Shown here piece by piece: positions 50,277 through 62,409 of a DNA stretch of 64,000 nt (positions within the stretch are counted from its first letter, which is position 1; every line of letters begins with the position of its first letter). Made by a program: the position numbers and the translations under genes. This stretch comes from Thalia democratica. Its lineage: Eukaryota. The stretch covers positions 25,296,001-25,360,000 of the forward strand of contig OZ241827.1 of NCBI GenBank assembly GCA_965202585.1, given 5' to 3'. Below the pieces are notes generated by a model. The model had not been told where the DNA came from, did no database searches, and saw only the letters and a program-made list of their open reading frames with translations.

Positions 50277-52354
50277 ATAACCTTCAATTATAGTAATTTT
50301 GTTTAATTAATAAGTACAGTTTAATTGACTTATTTTTGGTTTAATATAGTGTTGTATACTAATATTTTTTAAATAAGTCTAATGATAGCTGGCACTTTTA
50401 GTTACCTATACACAGACAAAGATAATTAATTAAGATTATTCAAAAAAGATAAGGTCTTGAATAGAGTGTTTTAAATCGTTTTAGCTAATTGTTTGAAATA
50501 AATTGAATATTTAACTTTATGGCTAAAGTTGTGTAGTATAATGTGTAAAAATAAGTATAACTTAAAATAATTTTCTTAATTACACTTGAAGTAATTGATA
50601 GTACAGTAACAATAAACTTTTGAGTGGTTGTAAAAGAATTATAATGTACTCAGCTAATTAGTAACATTTAACATACAATAACAAAGCTAACTTTATTCCT
50701 TTAGTTGTCTTGTGCTTTCATGATTTAAGTAAACTTGTTTTAAGTTGTTGCTGTTACATTAAATGACTTTTGTTTTGTTAAAAATTTTGATTTTAAGATC
50801 TATAACTTTAAGTATAAAGATTATATTTTGTGATAAGAGCAGAGTCTTTTGTACATAAATGGTAAAAGCGCTGTATATATGAACCTTAAACCCAGTAAGT
50901 ATAAACAGTACAAATTTATTTTTACCGTACTAGAAATTTTAGCTCTAAATATAAAACTGCTTTATTTTAAAGAAGTTAACTAGTTTTTAATTTGCAAGTT
51001 GGAAGTATTGCTTTTTTTATTGAAGTTTTACTAATTTTATTAATTGAACTAGAACATTTTAATTTTTTTATAGTTTAAATATACTCAAATTTTAGACCAA
51101 GAAATTCATTAATTACTCAATCTAACTCTATTTAAATTTTAAAGTTTTAGACAGCACTGTTTTATCAATTATTTTGTCATTTTATTGTCTTCATTTAAAT
51201 ACTACTCTTGTGATGTATTTAGCTTTATTTCGTTTTGCCAACATTTTAACGAATAAGTTTCCTAGCCAAAATAATTTAAATAAACTCCTTTCAGTGCGCA
51301 GTCGGTAATGTTAAAAGCTTTTTTCAAATTTTGAATTAGAAAACAACTGCTATGTAAAAAAACTTAGTGTCATTAAAATCAACTTTCTTTTGTTTCAATA
51401 AAGTATTAATTTTGATTGTATTACCTGATGATATTTTTTCCAAGTTTTTTTTTTTGTTAATACTATATGTATGTGTACAATAAGCTCTGTTTAGACTTAA
51501 TTCAAGTAACAACGTTTCAATAGAGAGCATTTTATCAAACGAAAGTAGAGATTCTCAAATCTAAGAAAATAAATTATAATATCAAACAATAATTGTTTCT
51601 CTTTGAGTTAGGATTGCTTACTTTGAGAATATTCTTCTTTTATTTAAATATGTAGTATATAACCGAACTATCTTTAACTTTTTGAGATTAAAATTGTTTC
51701 AAAATGAACAACAACGATTTATGGCAAGCAGTTTGTAATTACTATAACAAAATACTAAACAGTTATTTATTTTAAATAAAAAATCAAGAGTCTTTTTTCA
51801 TACTTTAAACGATTCGTTGACAGTAATACTAATTCCATCAGTATAGTGGTAATGTAAACAAAGAAGTTTTAGTTAAAATAAAAAGAAGTATTTCTATTAT
51901 CTATTCATTTAAAATTTTATGCTATTTAAATAAATAATAATATATGTTATGATACGCACCTTTTTACAGCCTACAACATTTGAATTATTACAGATTTGTA
52001 TTATATTTAATTTTCCACTTAATATTTTTTAGATTTTAAAAGTTGTGTTATTTTAGAAAGTTTGAGTATAAAAATTAAAAACTGCACGGAAAACAATTTT
52101 TGGTTTTAAGTAATTAGTTTTAACCTTTTTTATATCAGTTTTTTCGTAGATTTTGTAAAACTAACGGTTTTGTTCATGTTTCTAGACTGTAAAAGGTCTT
52201 GGGTAGTTTAATAAAAACAAACTTTTTTAGGTTTTCTACGATTTACAACACACTAGTTAGTCTTTTGACGATCTAACCATGTTAAGTTTTACTAAAATAT
52301 ATATTTCCAATTGAAAAATGTTATACTGAAATAGTCTAAGATACACAAGTTAGT

Positions 52355-52660
52355 TAGGGGCGGATAAGTACGGTCTGCGGGCCGGATCCAGCCTACCAAC
52401 AGAAGTCTCTGATCAGCGACGTACATTTTAACTTGATAAAAAGTTGTTCTAACAAGTTAAAATTAAGTTTTTTAGTATCAAATGATTTAAAATGGGCTTT
52501 TAAATAAGTCTGAATATTCAGTAGAACTTAATCAAGTTGTAATACTTTTTTTTAATTTTCTGGTCTAGCTTTTTAAAACTGCTCTATTAGCTAAAACGTT
52601 TTTAAACAAATCCTGCCGGCAATAAACTTTTTACAACGAATCTGGCCCGCCGACTATAAT
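52355..52660. mobile_element. hAT (Charlie/Tip100-like) MITE remnant upstream of the connexin
   Basis: taggggcggataagtacggtctgcgggccggatccagcc and atctggcccgcc motifs resemble the CGGCCCGCGGGCCGGATCCGGCC subterminal motif of hAT MITEs. Confidence 0.55.
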
Positions 52661-52998
52661 TTTTTTTGAACTGGTCAAACTAGTTCAATATTATCAAAAC
52701 TTTTTTGTTGATTATTGTTAAATGAAACGTTAAAATTCTATTCGTTAAAATAAATTTTAATTTTAAATCCTTATCTGTAAAAGTATAATACAGCTTAAAA
52801 AACATTTTAACTTACTTCCTTAACTTTAACATACTACTTAGTCTAATATTCAAAGTCTATTTTAATTTTTTTTTAAGTTAAGTATCTTGCCATTAATTTT
52901 AGTTTTATTAAATTAGTTTTAACTAATTCATTTTATAGATTTAGTTATAAGCTTAAACTTACTTAGAAGAAACGTTCCGGAAATTTCTGGAACAGATC

Positions 52999-55900
52999 AT
53001 GTGGTCAGCTTTAGACAAAATAACAGATTCGGTAAATATTTAATATTTTAAATAAAAGTTTATTCAAACTTATAAAACAATGTACAATAAAAGTGCTATA
53101 AAGTTACCACAACTAACATTCATCTGTATAATTTTTATTTATTGTGCTAAATCCAAAACCTAAAAAAGGTAATTATCTACAAAATTCTCATAGTTTATTA
53201 TGTTTCATTATATTAAAAATTATATTAAGCATATTTTTTAAGGTATTTTAATAAGTTAACGATGTTGATTTTTCTTGATAGACAAAAGTTTTTTTTTTTA
53301 GTCTGTTTTATATAGTGCAGTATTTATTTTGGATTACTCAAACAATCAAGATAAATATCAAGCAGTTTTAAATAACCTAAGACAATATATAACAGACCAC
53401 ATATGCATAAAGAAATGTACATTAATTAAAACTCTAACTTAAAGATTTTATAACTTCATTTAAATTTAACAGCTAAATTAATTATATTATCAAAACCAAT
53501 TTAAAACTTTAAAAATAAAGATTACAAAACTTTAAAAATATATTAATTTTATATCAAATTATAAAAACCGAAATACATTTATCAAAAGAGACAATTATTT
53601 TTATTATTTTAGATCACCTGCTAAACCTTGTAGTTAAGTTTCTATGTGTTCAACATAAATATCAAGAGACTAACTTTTTACCTAACTTAGATACTACAGT
53701 ATATCTTAAAAAAATATATACTGATATAAAACTATTACAATTTAACTGTAACAATTTTAAAGGTAAACAAGTACACGACTACATTTGGAAAGCTTTGGTA
53801 CATTCTTGTTTTCATTTTTCGCCTAGCTGTAGTAGTTTCAATCGGCGGTCCAGGTTTGATTTTAAATTATTTTAAAATTTGAGTATTTCCTAATATATAA
53901 TTTTAGTTTTTATTTTTAAACATATTTTAATTATCAATAATATATAGCTACATGCATAAAATAATTTGAACATTTTTTTGTAAAATAAATTAATTGACAA
54001 TATTAATAGTACTTCAATGTTTTTGAAATTACTCTTTGACAATACAAAATATATACTACACGATTTTGTTAAAAAAATGTACTACAAAACTGAGAATTTC
54101 TTAGAGCTTAAGTTAACATTTTTAAATTTCATAAATTTACTTTTTCAATCAAAATAAATGTTTATACTTTTCAAGCTTTCGAAATTTGATTTAAATAAAT
54201 TAAAGTTTTTATTACTTGCGTATTGGTTTATAATACAGTTATAAACGTATACATTAAAATTTTTTATTACTGGAAACTTAGTTGAAATAAATAGCAAAAA
54301 TTAAGTAATTATGACGTCACAGTATACAATGACGAGCAGAGCATGTTCCAGTGTATCACTGATACTGGGGCTGGATGCGAAAACCAGTGCTACAACGATT
54401 TTGCTCCGATTTCACACATAAGATACTGGGCTTTTCACGTTAGTGTTTGTACTTAGTACAAAATTAACATCGAAGTAAAGACAACTCAATAACTAAACTT
54501 TTCTTTAAATTTTTAATTGAAGCTCTTTAAATAGAACGAGTACATCATTAAAAAGGTTAGAAGGACTAGTTCAAGAAACATACAAAAGTTATTGAGAACT
54601 AAACTTTAAAAAAGTTTATTGTTTATTCTAATTATCTTAGCTTAAATTTTATTGAATATAATTTTGTTGCTAGAATACTTTTGATTTATAATTAATAACT
54701 TAACAAATATCAACAGTCATTTTTTACATTAAACTTAAATTACAGTTGCTTGCTGTAATCAAACCTACTGTTTTTTTCCACTTTTATTGTCTCTACGTAT
54801 CGGGAGAGTATACAAAAGTCAAAAAAGCTGAGGCAGCAATAGATAACATTAAACAAGGTGAAAAATCAATAGTAGTGAGTTATTTGCTTTTGATTATTGA
54901 TTGATTTTAGGTTACAACATAACCATTAGAATACTTAAACGTTAATGTTTGATTGTAAAGTATTTAATTAAAGCAATTTAATACTTTTAAATAGGTTGTC
55001 AGTTGTTGAAATTATTTTGTCTACGAAATGCTATATTTGGTTTACACTAGTATATTTATTTTCAATTGATTTTTTATTTCGTTTAATAAATTTGATAATG
55101 AGTAAATAAAATATAAAAGTTTATAAAATAAGAAAATGATGACATTTTTAAGCTATTCAGGTTTAAAGATCATTATTATATAGATGAAAAGACTTAAAAT
55201 TAGACTTTATCAAAGTTTATAAAATTATATAGATGAAAAGAGCTCTACGTAAGCTAAGAAAAAGAAAAACTAAGGTAGGAACAGTTGTGAAAGAAAGAGA
55301 ATTGGTCACTGGAGATAAAATTGAATCTGTTAGTGAAAGTTCCACAAATATTCTTAATTAGTTTTGTTAAACCTGTCCTGGAAAATGCGTTAAAAGGTAT
55401 CCGTGGTGTGCGACTCTATAACCGAAAGGTTTTTTCGTGCATCAGGTCCAAAGACCAAATATTTTGAGCGTTATTTGTATCGTTAAAGAAACTACAACTT
55501 GAAAGCTAACTTTTATAAAAACTTTTATAAAAACTTTTGTTTAATATTTTCTCTGAGTAAATAATATGCAAAAAGTTAATTTTTTTGAAACAAAAGCATC
55601 TTAATTGAATTTACCAGAATCAATTGATTAAACAAAATCAAATTAGTTTTTATGTTTTTCCGTTAGTTTTTTGTATTAAAAGGCAGTTATTTGAATACAA
55701 ATTAAACTCTTAACAGATTCCTCTTACGCTGAAAATTTATATTGCATATATAATCTGTTTGGGTTTTAGACTAGCTTTTGAAATTCTTGGAATTATGTAT
55801 GGAATGGGTCTTTTTCACATACAAGTAGGTTTTACTTAAACATTTTTTAAACCGTTTAATACAAATTTTTTTTTTTATCAAGTTTATTCACATTATATCA

Positions 55901-58411
55901 ATTTTAGTAAATACATTAGAAATAGAGCTTTTAAGTATGTTTGAACCATGTAATTTGAAAACTGTACGTTTTTTGCATTTTTAGTTGAAAATATAATAAC
56001 TATATCATTTTCATGAAAACATTTTGGATTATCTATGTAAAATAAAGTTGTTAAAGAAATTATAAAGAAAATACAAGATATCAACTCGGAAAAACTGATT
56101 TTGACTCTGTTATAATAAAAAGTCTTGAATAAATACTATTTATAAAGAAAATTTTAACAATCCAACATAATTTGCTAAACATGCTTTAAAAAGCTATAAT
56201 TTTAAGTACATAATTAAGTTACTTTCACGAAAAAAAAAATTAAGAAAAGTTTTTTTATTTTAACACATAAGAATAGATAACATGAGTTTACTGTTTAGAA
56301 TATTTCTTATTTTAAATCTTAGATAAAATTCAGTTTCAAAGTTAATTACTTAACTTTTTTTAAATTCAAGAAAAATAAAATCGTTTACAGTTTAAAATAT
56401 AATTTTTAATAAGTTTTCAAATGCTATCTATTAAACAAATTTAGCAGTTTTTTCAACTTGAAAAATATATTAATATAAATAACTTTTTATAAGTTTTAAG
56501 CCGGAAATATCAACAGTATATATGTATTTAAAAACTATGGAAGCTACCTGTAAAACATCTAAATCTATGTTTTTTGCAAAGAACAACAAAATAGTTACGG
56601 AAGTATCGACATCGAGCGCGCTGATCAACTTCTTGTGGATGAAAGTTCCGGGAGTTTTCCACTGCTCCAACGTTGAAAGTAAATCTCTCGTAGATGCTTG
56701 CTACGGAGACTACGATGAAGACTCCCACACCATGAAAGTGATGTGCTACGTGTCGAGACCCACGGTGAGCTTTAAATGTTTTCTCATTTACAAGTATGAG
56801 CTTTTTCAAGAGTTATACACGTGTAGGTACAAAAAAAATGTCTAACAAAAGTACAATTTTATTGATAACTTGCTGTAAGCGTGCCTAAGTTTGCACTTTG
56901 TTTTTTACTTTTTTGTTAATCTTTTTTTTATTTTTCTAGCCTGTTCCTTAACCGGTCATGATTAGTTAACGTTAGGTATAAGCTTCTTAATTTATTGCAA
57001 ATGTTAAAAAATATTACATCAAGTAAAAGCGTTTGTGGCTCAGTATTAACTGAAGCTAAAAGTATGAAAAATATTTAAAACATATTAAAAAAAACTAATA
57101 AGTAACTAAATAAATTGATTTTTAGTAATGAACTAATCTCAATAGTTAAAAATGATATAAATCATGGTGTCATGAAACATATTTAAATCATTTATTACAG
57201 GAAAAGACGTACCTTCTCAGGTATATGAACATATTGTCTTTAGCTTGTTTGCTCATCACGGTCGTTGAGATCTTCCTAATTATATATAAAATATTTAAAG
57301 CTCAAATGAAAACGAAACGAGAAAAGTGAGTATAACTTATAACAAAAAATTAGTATTTTTTCGTAGTTAATTAGACTGAATCTTTATTAAAAAACAATTA
57401 ACTGAGTTGGAGATTTTTAAATCTACTATTTAGAAATAAAATTTTAATTTTAATTTTCAAAGTATTAATATATATACTAAGTGTAATAGCTATTTTAATG
57501 CATTAAAGACATTTTATTGTTAATTGACAAAAAATTACGATACAAGAAGTATTTTTTAGAACTGAAATTACAAAACATTTTCCATTTAATTTTCTATACG
57601 TCTTAAAAGATAATTTAAATATTTTTGTTTGATGAACGTATCATTCTAGCTGTGTTAATAAAAATTTTAGGATAAAAAAAAAATACAGTTTGTGTAAAAA
57701 AAAAACAAAAGACTATTTTTCCAAATTGCCAAAAAAAAAATTTTTTTATAAAATAATTATAACTTATACTGCTTACAATAAAAAAGTGTACACTATGTTT
57801 TTAAAGTTACACTTTGAAGTTAGCATTGATATTTTCATTATAAAACAGTTTAAAAATTACGTTTCAATTATTTTTATTTACATGCTAACTATTTTCAAAA
57901 TGAACTGACAAACTAGATAATATGAGAATAATTATTTGAAAATAATGAAATAGTTTTTTTGTAAAAGGTTTATATTATTTCAAAAAAATACAGACTAGAT
58001 ACGGAAATTGACAACGAATTACAGGAGGTTTTAGTCGACGGTCGAGACAAGTAAGTGCTTTTCTCTAGTGCTTACAACAGTTGTATTTAAAAAAACTAAT
58101 ATATTACAACCTACAGCCCAGCATTCACCGAAGAAGCCCCGAACAGAAGAACCAACGACATACGAATGGTGCCTCTAGCGACATCTAGCAGCTCATCGTT
58201 CAACTCGTCGCAAGAGCCAGGAAAAAGCAGGAAAAACGACCGCGAAAAAAAAATGGATGACAGCAGCGACATCAAATATATGAAACGGCGCGACAGAAAA
58301 ACTAGAGAGCAGAGTCGCGGAAGAGAAACGGATAGCAGTGAGTTTATGGAAGGGCGTGACAGAATATTGAGGCAGAAAAGCCGCGGGAGAAAATCTCTCG
58401 ACTACGTGTAA
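52999..58411 (+). CDS. Connexin (gap-junction protein), 437 aa, 10 exons: 52999-53031, 53763-53853, 54323-54438, 54746-54874, 55233-55328, 55717-55824, 56501-56764, 57201-57325, 57994-58050, 58117-58411
   Basis: Spliced translation MWSALDKITDS|VNKYTTTFGKLWYILVFIFRLAVVVSIGGP|VYNDEQSMFQCITDTGAGCENQCYNDFAPISHIRYWAFH|LLAVIKP... TM3 IYIAYIICLGFRLAFE ... VMCYVSRPT|EKTYLLRYM... contains the connexin signatures (DEQS.F.C...GC...CY..F.PISH.R.W; C.VSRPTEK). All nine introns are GT-AG, phases are consistent, and the total is 1314 nt. The cytoplasmic-loop exon 5 is the least certain. Confidence 0.92.
55374..55484 (+). mobile_element. Structured SINE-like repeat, full-length copy in connexin intron 5
   Basis: tgtcctggaaaatgcgttaaaaggtatccgtggtgtgcgactctataaccgaaaggttttttcgtgcatcaggtccaaagaccaaatattttgagcg. 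Confidence 0.8.
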
Positions 58412-60016
58412 GGTATTGTAGAATTTTAAAAAGACACGTCTACTTACCTTAATCAAGTGATTTTTTACCATAATAAGTAATCATTTAACTGTAGATTAGT
58501 TTTTTCTTTGCTTTGTATAAATTTTTTTAATAATTTTTTAAAAGTTAATGTGAGTTTTCGGTTTTTTACAGCAAATTATAAAAAAAAAAGTTTTTTTAGA
58601 TTGTTTTTATTCTAAACCAACCCTTGTACGTTGTTTTTATAACTGATTGCTAAGTGTGTATATTAAAGGTACAATAACTAAGATTTCTTTCATTTTTATG
58701 CTGTTTTTAGAATTTGAATAGCTTTTTATTAAGCAATTTAATGTTTTTTAAACTACTAAATAACTACTAAATAAAAACAAATATTTTTTTTTTAAAGTCT
58801 TTTTTACTTGACTACTAAAACTTGTTGCATTTATCAACGAAAATAAATATTTTATCTAAATACAAAATTCACTTTCAGAGTCAAAAGCCCTGTACAGTAC
58901 ACAGTATGATCCTAGCGTATAATTAAGTTGTTTTCTGTGATTTTTTACAATTTGTATTTTTTATGTTATTTTTTCTTTTTCGTCTCTTTCTTACGTGTCT
59001 TTCAGTTTAAGTGACCAAGATATTGATAAACAAAAGTTATTTTACATTGACAATAATATTATAAATGATTGAATAAAAATGTTGACAAAATATCATTTGA
59101 AACTTTTCAATAACAGCTGCCTGGATATGAAGTTTTGTCTAGTTTTTTTTTTTTAATTATATACTAATGAACATTAGTAGTATAGAAATAAATCGCATAA
59201 TGTCACATGGACTGTTTTTGATGTTCGTGCGGTTCACTTTATTTTGAAATGCAAGTTTTTGCTTTGTTTAATTTTTACACAATCTACTACCAGCATTTGG
59301 AAAAAAGTAAAAAAATTACTATTTATTTTTTCTTAAGTTAGTGGTAAAAAAGGCAAGATTCTTGGAATTTTGAAAATTAAATAAAATTAAATCACAACTA
59401 AAGTTTTGAGGGTGTTTTAAGAGTTTTTGTTTTAAAGATTAATAGAAAATTAACCATGAAAGAAAAAACATTAAAAAATAAAGAACATAAATTGATTTTT
59501 TTTGTTTAACGACTACTTTATTTATTAAGTGTAATTGGTAACAACCAATTTTTTAATCTATTTTCTTCAGAATAAGTAGATTTAAAAATAAGCACTTTTA
59601 AGCTTTTTATGGGTATTTATCAAGTAAACATTCAGGTATTAAAAAAACGGCATACGTGGGCCCTATATTAGATATTTACAATTTGAAAAAACACTGGGTA
59701 CAACTAAAAACTCTTTAAGAGCCATGTTTTAGTTTATTTTTAAAATATTTACTATAAAAATAAACGTAATGATAATCATTTAAATATAAAGCTTGCATTT
59801 TTTTGATGATAAAACTTTAATTTGATTAACAACACTGATACATACTAACATTGATTTTAAAATATAAGTTATTCAAAATTTAATTGTTATCGGAAATGGT
59901 TATGAAAATTTTTGCTTGTCATATTCTGCTGTTGATTGTTTCTTAATTTGAATAATCGTTGACCAAACAAGTGTTTTGTTGAGGCTTCTGCCGCCTGTTT
60001 AGCCTCTAGTTATAGC

Positions 60017-60366
60017 TTATCCACCTGTATTGGGTATATTTGGACCCTGAACTGATCTACCCATTGGACCTGTCACGTTCGCGTGACATAATTTTTCCAT
60101 AATTTCCTGTGACATAATTTTTACACTTATTAGTACATCAAACTGAACAACCTCACCTTGTGCAAGTGTCCTAATCAAACTTTTAGGGTTATTTTTAATA
60201 ATATCAGGGTGGTGAATAAAAACTTCAATGCTCTTATCGTCATGATGAATAAAACCATATCCCTTACAAACATTTAACCACACACCACTCGACCAGTTAT
60301 TCCGGATGCTGAATTTTTCCTGTTGACAGAAGCTTTTTGATTGGCCTCTGTGACTTTTTGACCTTC
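60017..60366 (-). pseudogene. Intronless Y-box-type cold-shock domain, disrupted
   Basis: ITGRVV^WLNVCKGYGFIHHDDKSIEVFIHHPDIIKNNPKSLIRTLAQGEVVQFDV...ANVTGPMGRSVQG aligns by eye with YBX CSDs (GTVKWFNVRNGYGFI...DVFVHQ.AIKKNNP...VEFDV...AANVTGPGG.PVQG). There is a 2-nt frameshift in a GT run at ~60283, an insertion before ANVTGP, and a stop at 60017. Confidence 0.8.
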
Positions 60367-61720
60367 TTAACAGATGGAGTTTAAGTAGTTGTAAAGGAAT
60401 AGTGCTTTACTGCTTTATCATTATCAACATGTACAGAAGCATTTTGGTCTTGACCCTGACCATCATTTACTTGATGGTTGTCATATTTAGTATAGCTGTT
60501 GTACTCACCATTTTGATCAACATGTCCTTTGTTGTTAAAAAAGTACCTTGATTTAGGCATTTTTTTGTTAATCTGAAACCATAACAACTCATGTTTCTTA
60601 CTTCTTCTCCTGTGAGCTGTTGATCTACATAACAAGTATTTCTGCAGCGGTGTTTAAAATTATTGATAACTAAGCTAAGAATTTCTCTCATTTTCTCCTT
60701 CAAGTGGTCAGGAGCAAGGTATATTTACCAAAATATTATAGGGTCTCACTGTCTCTCATTTCAGCTTACCATTTTTTTACTTCTAGTTATAAGGTTTTTC
60801 CATTTAAAGAATAAAATTCAGGTTTAGGCAAAAAGCTCTTCCTAGGTGGCCATCTCTGTTTGAAAGATAATCTATTAGACTTTGATGGTCTCTCTTTTCA
60901 TAGTTAACTGATGTATAGAAATTTGTTAAGTCCTTATGTGGCCAGACTAAAATAAGAACCTGGAACCTTACTTGTTGGTCAAATATTTCAAGACTGCGAT
61001 TCATATCCTAAAGATAAGTTATTTTATCTCTTTGGTTACCATCTATATCTTTCTTTATAACAGATTTAAGTTTTAAAATTCTACTATTGACCATGAACCC
61101 TCTACTAATATCTATTTGTATGTGGAAAATAAGATTATTTAAAGTTTCTGATGCGCACCCGGGTTTTTTATTTACTCTATATTATTATTAGGTATTTCCC
61201 CAACATGTTCTGGAAAATCCTGCTGCATAGGGACTTCATAACTTGGGACTAGGAACTTCTAACATATCAAATTCAATCTGCTAAATTTTTTTATTGAAGA
61301 CTACCAGTGTTTTCTTTTTATGTAACTAGTTTTGTAGCTTTTGTTTAGTTTTGTGCTCTGAATCTGCTATGGGTGTAGTACTTTTATGTTTGGGATTGCT
61401 TTTGAAACTATATTGATTTTACTGACCCCTTATGTCTTTAAGACTTAAATTAAATTCCAAGGCCTTTTGTCTAATATTAGCCCCTATACCAATTTTTTTA
61501 CAATTATCTTTTAAGGCTTGTTGAATTTAATTGCTTTGAGTTCATGTGGGGTACTGTCGTTAATGTTGTGTTTTGTCATTTTTGTATTGTCATTAAAAAT
61601 AGTGTGTAGTTTAGTATCTTTAAGAATGGTGTATAGTCTATTTTCTTTAGAAATGGTATGTAGCTTGTTTTTATCTACCTTTGTTTTATTAAACTGTTTT
61701 TTGAAAGATTGTTTTCATTT
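60367..61720 (-). mobile_element. Decayed long ORF upstream of the CSD, probably retroelement gag/ORF1-like
   Basis: ~1.4 kb of intronless, protein-like sequence broken by many stops and frameshifts (e.g. QVRFQVLILVWPHKDL...DHQSLIDYLSNRD; CY-containing segments); includes a 27-nt x3 coding repeat at ~61590-61670. The family assignment is an impression only. Confidence 0.4.
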
Positions 61721-62409
61721 TTAAAGCACGCAATATACGGTATGGATGTTAGTACACTTAATTTATTGGTGCTGCTCATCACAATTAAATTGTATCTTAT
61801 TTAATTACTATTCTATAATTAACAGATGCTACTTTATAAAAATGAAACAGACAGTTTGTATAAAGTAACATCTAGTAATGAATTTAATTATGATGAGTAG
61901 TACCAAAAAATAAGTTTACCAACTCAATACCTTATATATTTAGTTAATCTGACCTGTTACTACATTAGTTTAACTTTTCATGTACAATTAAGCTTGATTT
62001 TAATTAAGTAGTATTTAAACTACTATTTCTGAAACTTATAAACGTGCATAGGAATTATATCATTATGCACTGAAAATTTATATTTAGTTATAACTATTCA
62101 AAATATAAATTAAAGCGTTTGTCAACAAAAGATCCTGGCGAAACAAGTTCACTGGAGTATATAATATTAATAATTCATACAGTTTCCTTCTTTTATTAGA
62201 TAAAAATAATTATATAGTTATAAAATTACTAAATAATCGTGTTGTATGTATAAATCATTTGAAAAATATTTTTTGATAGTTTTTCTATAGATAGGTGCAC
62301 AGAACTTTTTGTTTAGTGAGTTACTGTGATCTCAGTTTCTAAAAACCTAGAGAAGTAATTATTTCTTAAAACAAATATTGTTTGGCGTGTACTATTTACC
62401 AAAAGGGAA

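Noticed and set aside
6711-55484. Repeat copies as CRISPR repeats or tRNA genes
   Set aside because: Dispersed in both orientations with no spacers, in a eukaryotic context; no cloverleaf or clear A/B boxes
61760-61780. tggtgctgc as primer-binding site of the CSD-bearing element
   Set aside because: It is on the strand opposite to the decayed ORF, and no LTR is adjacent
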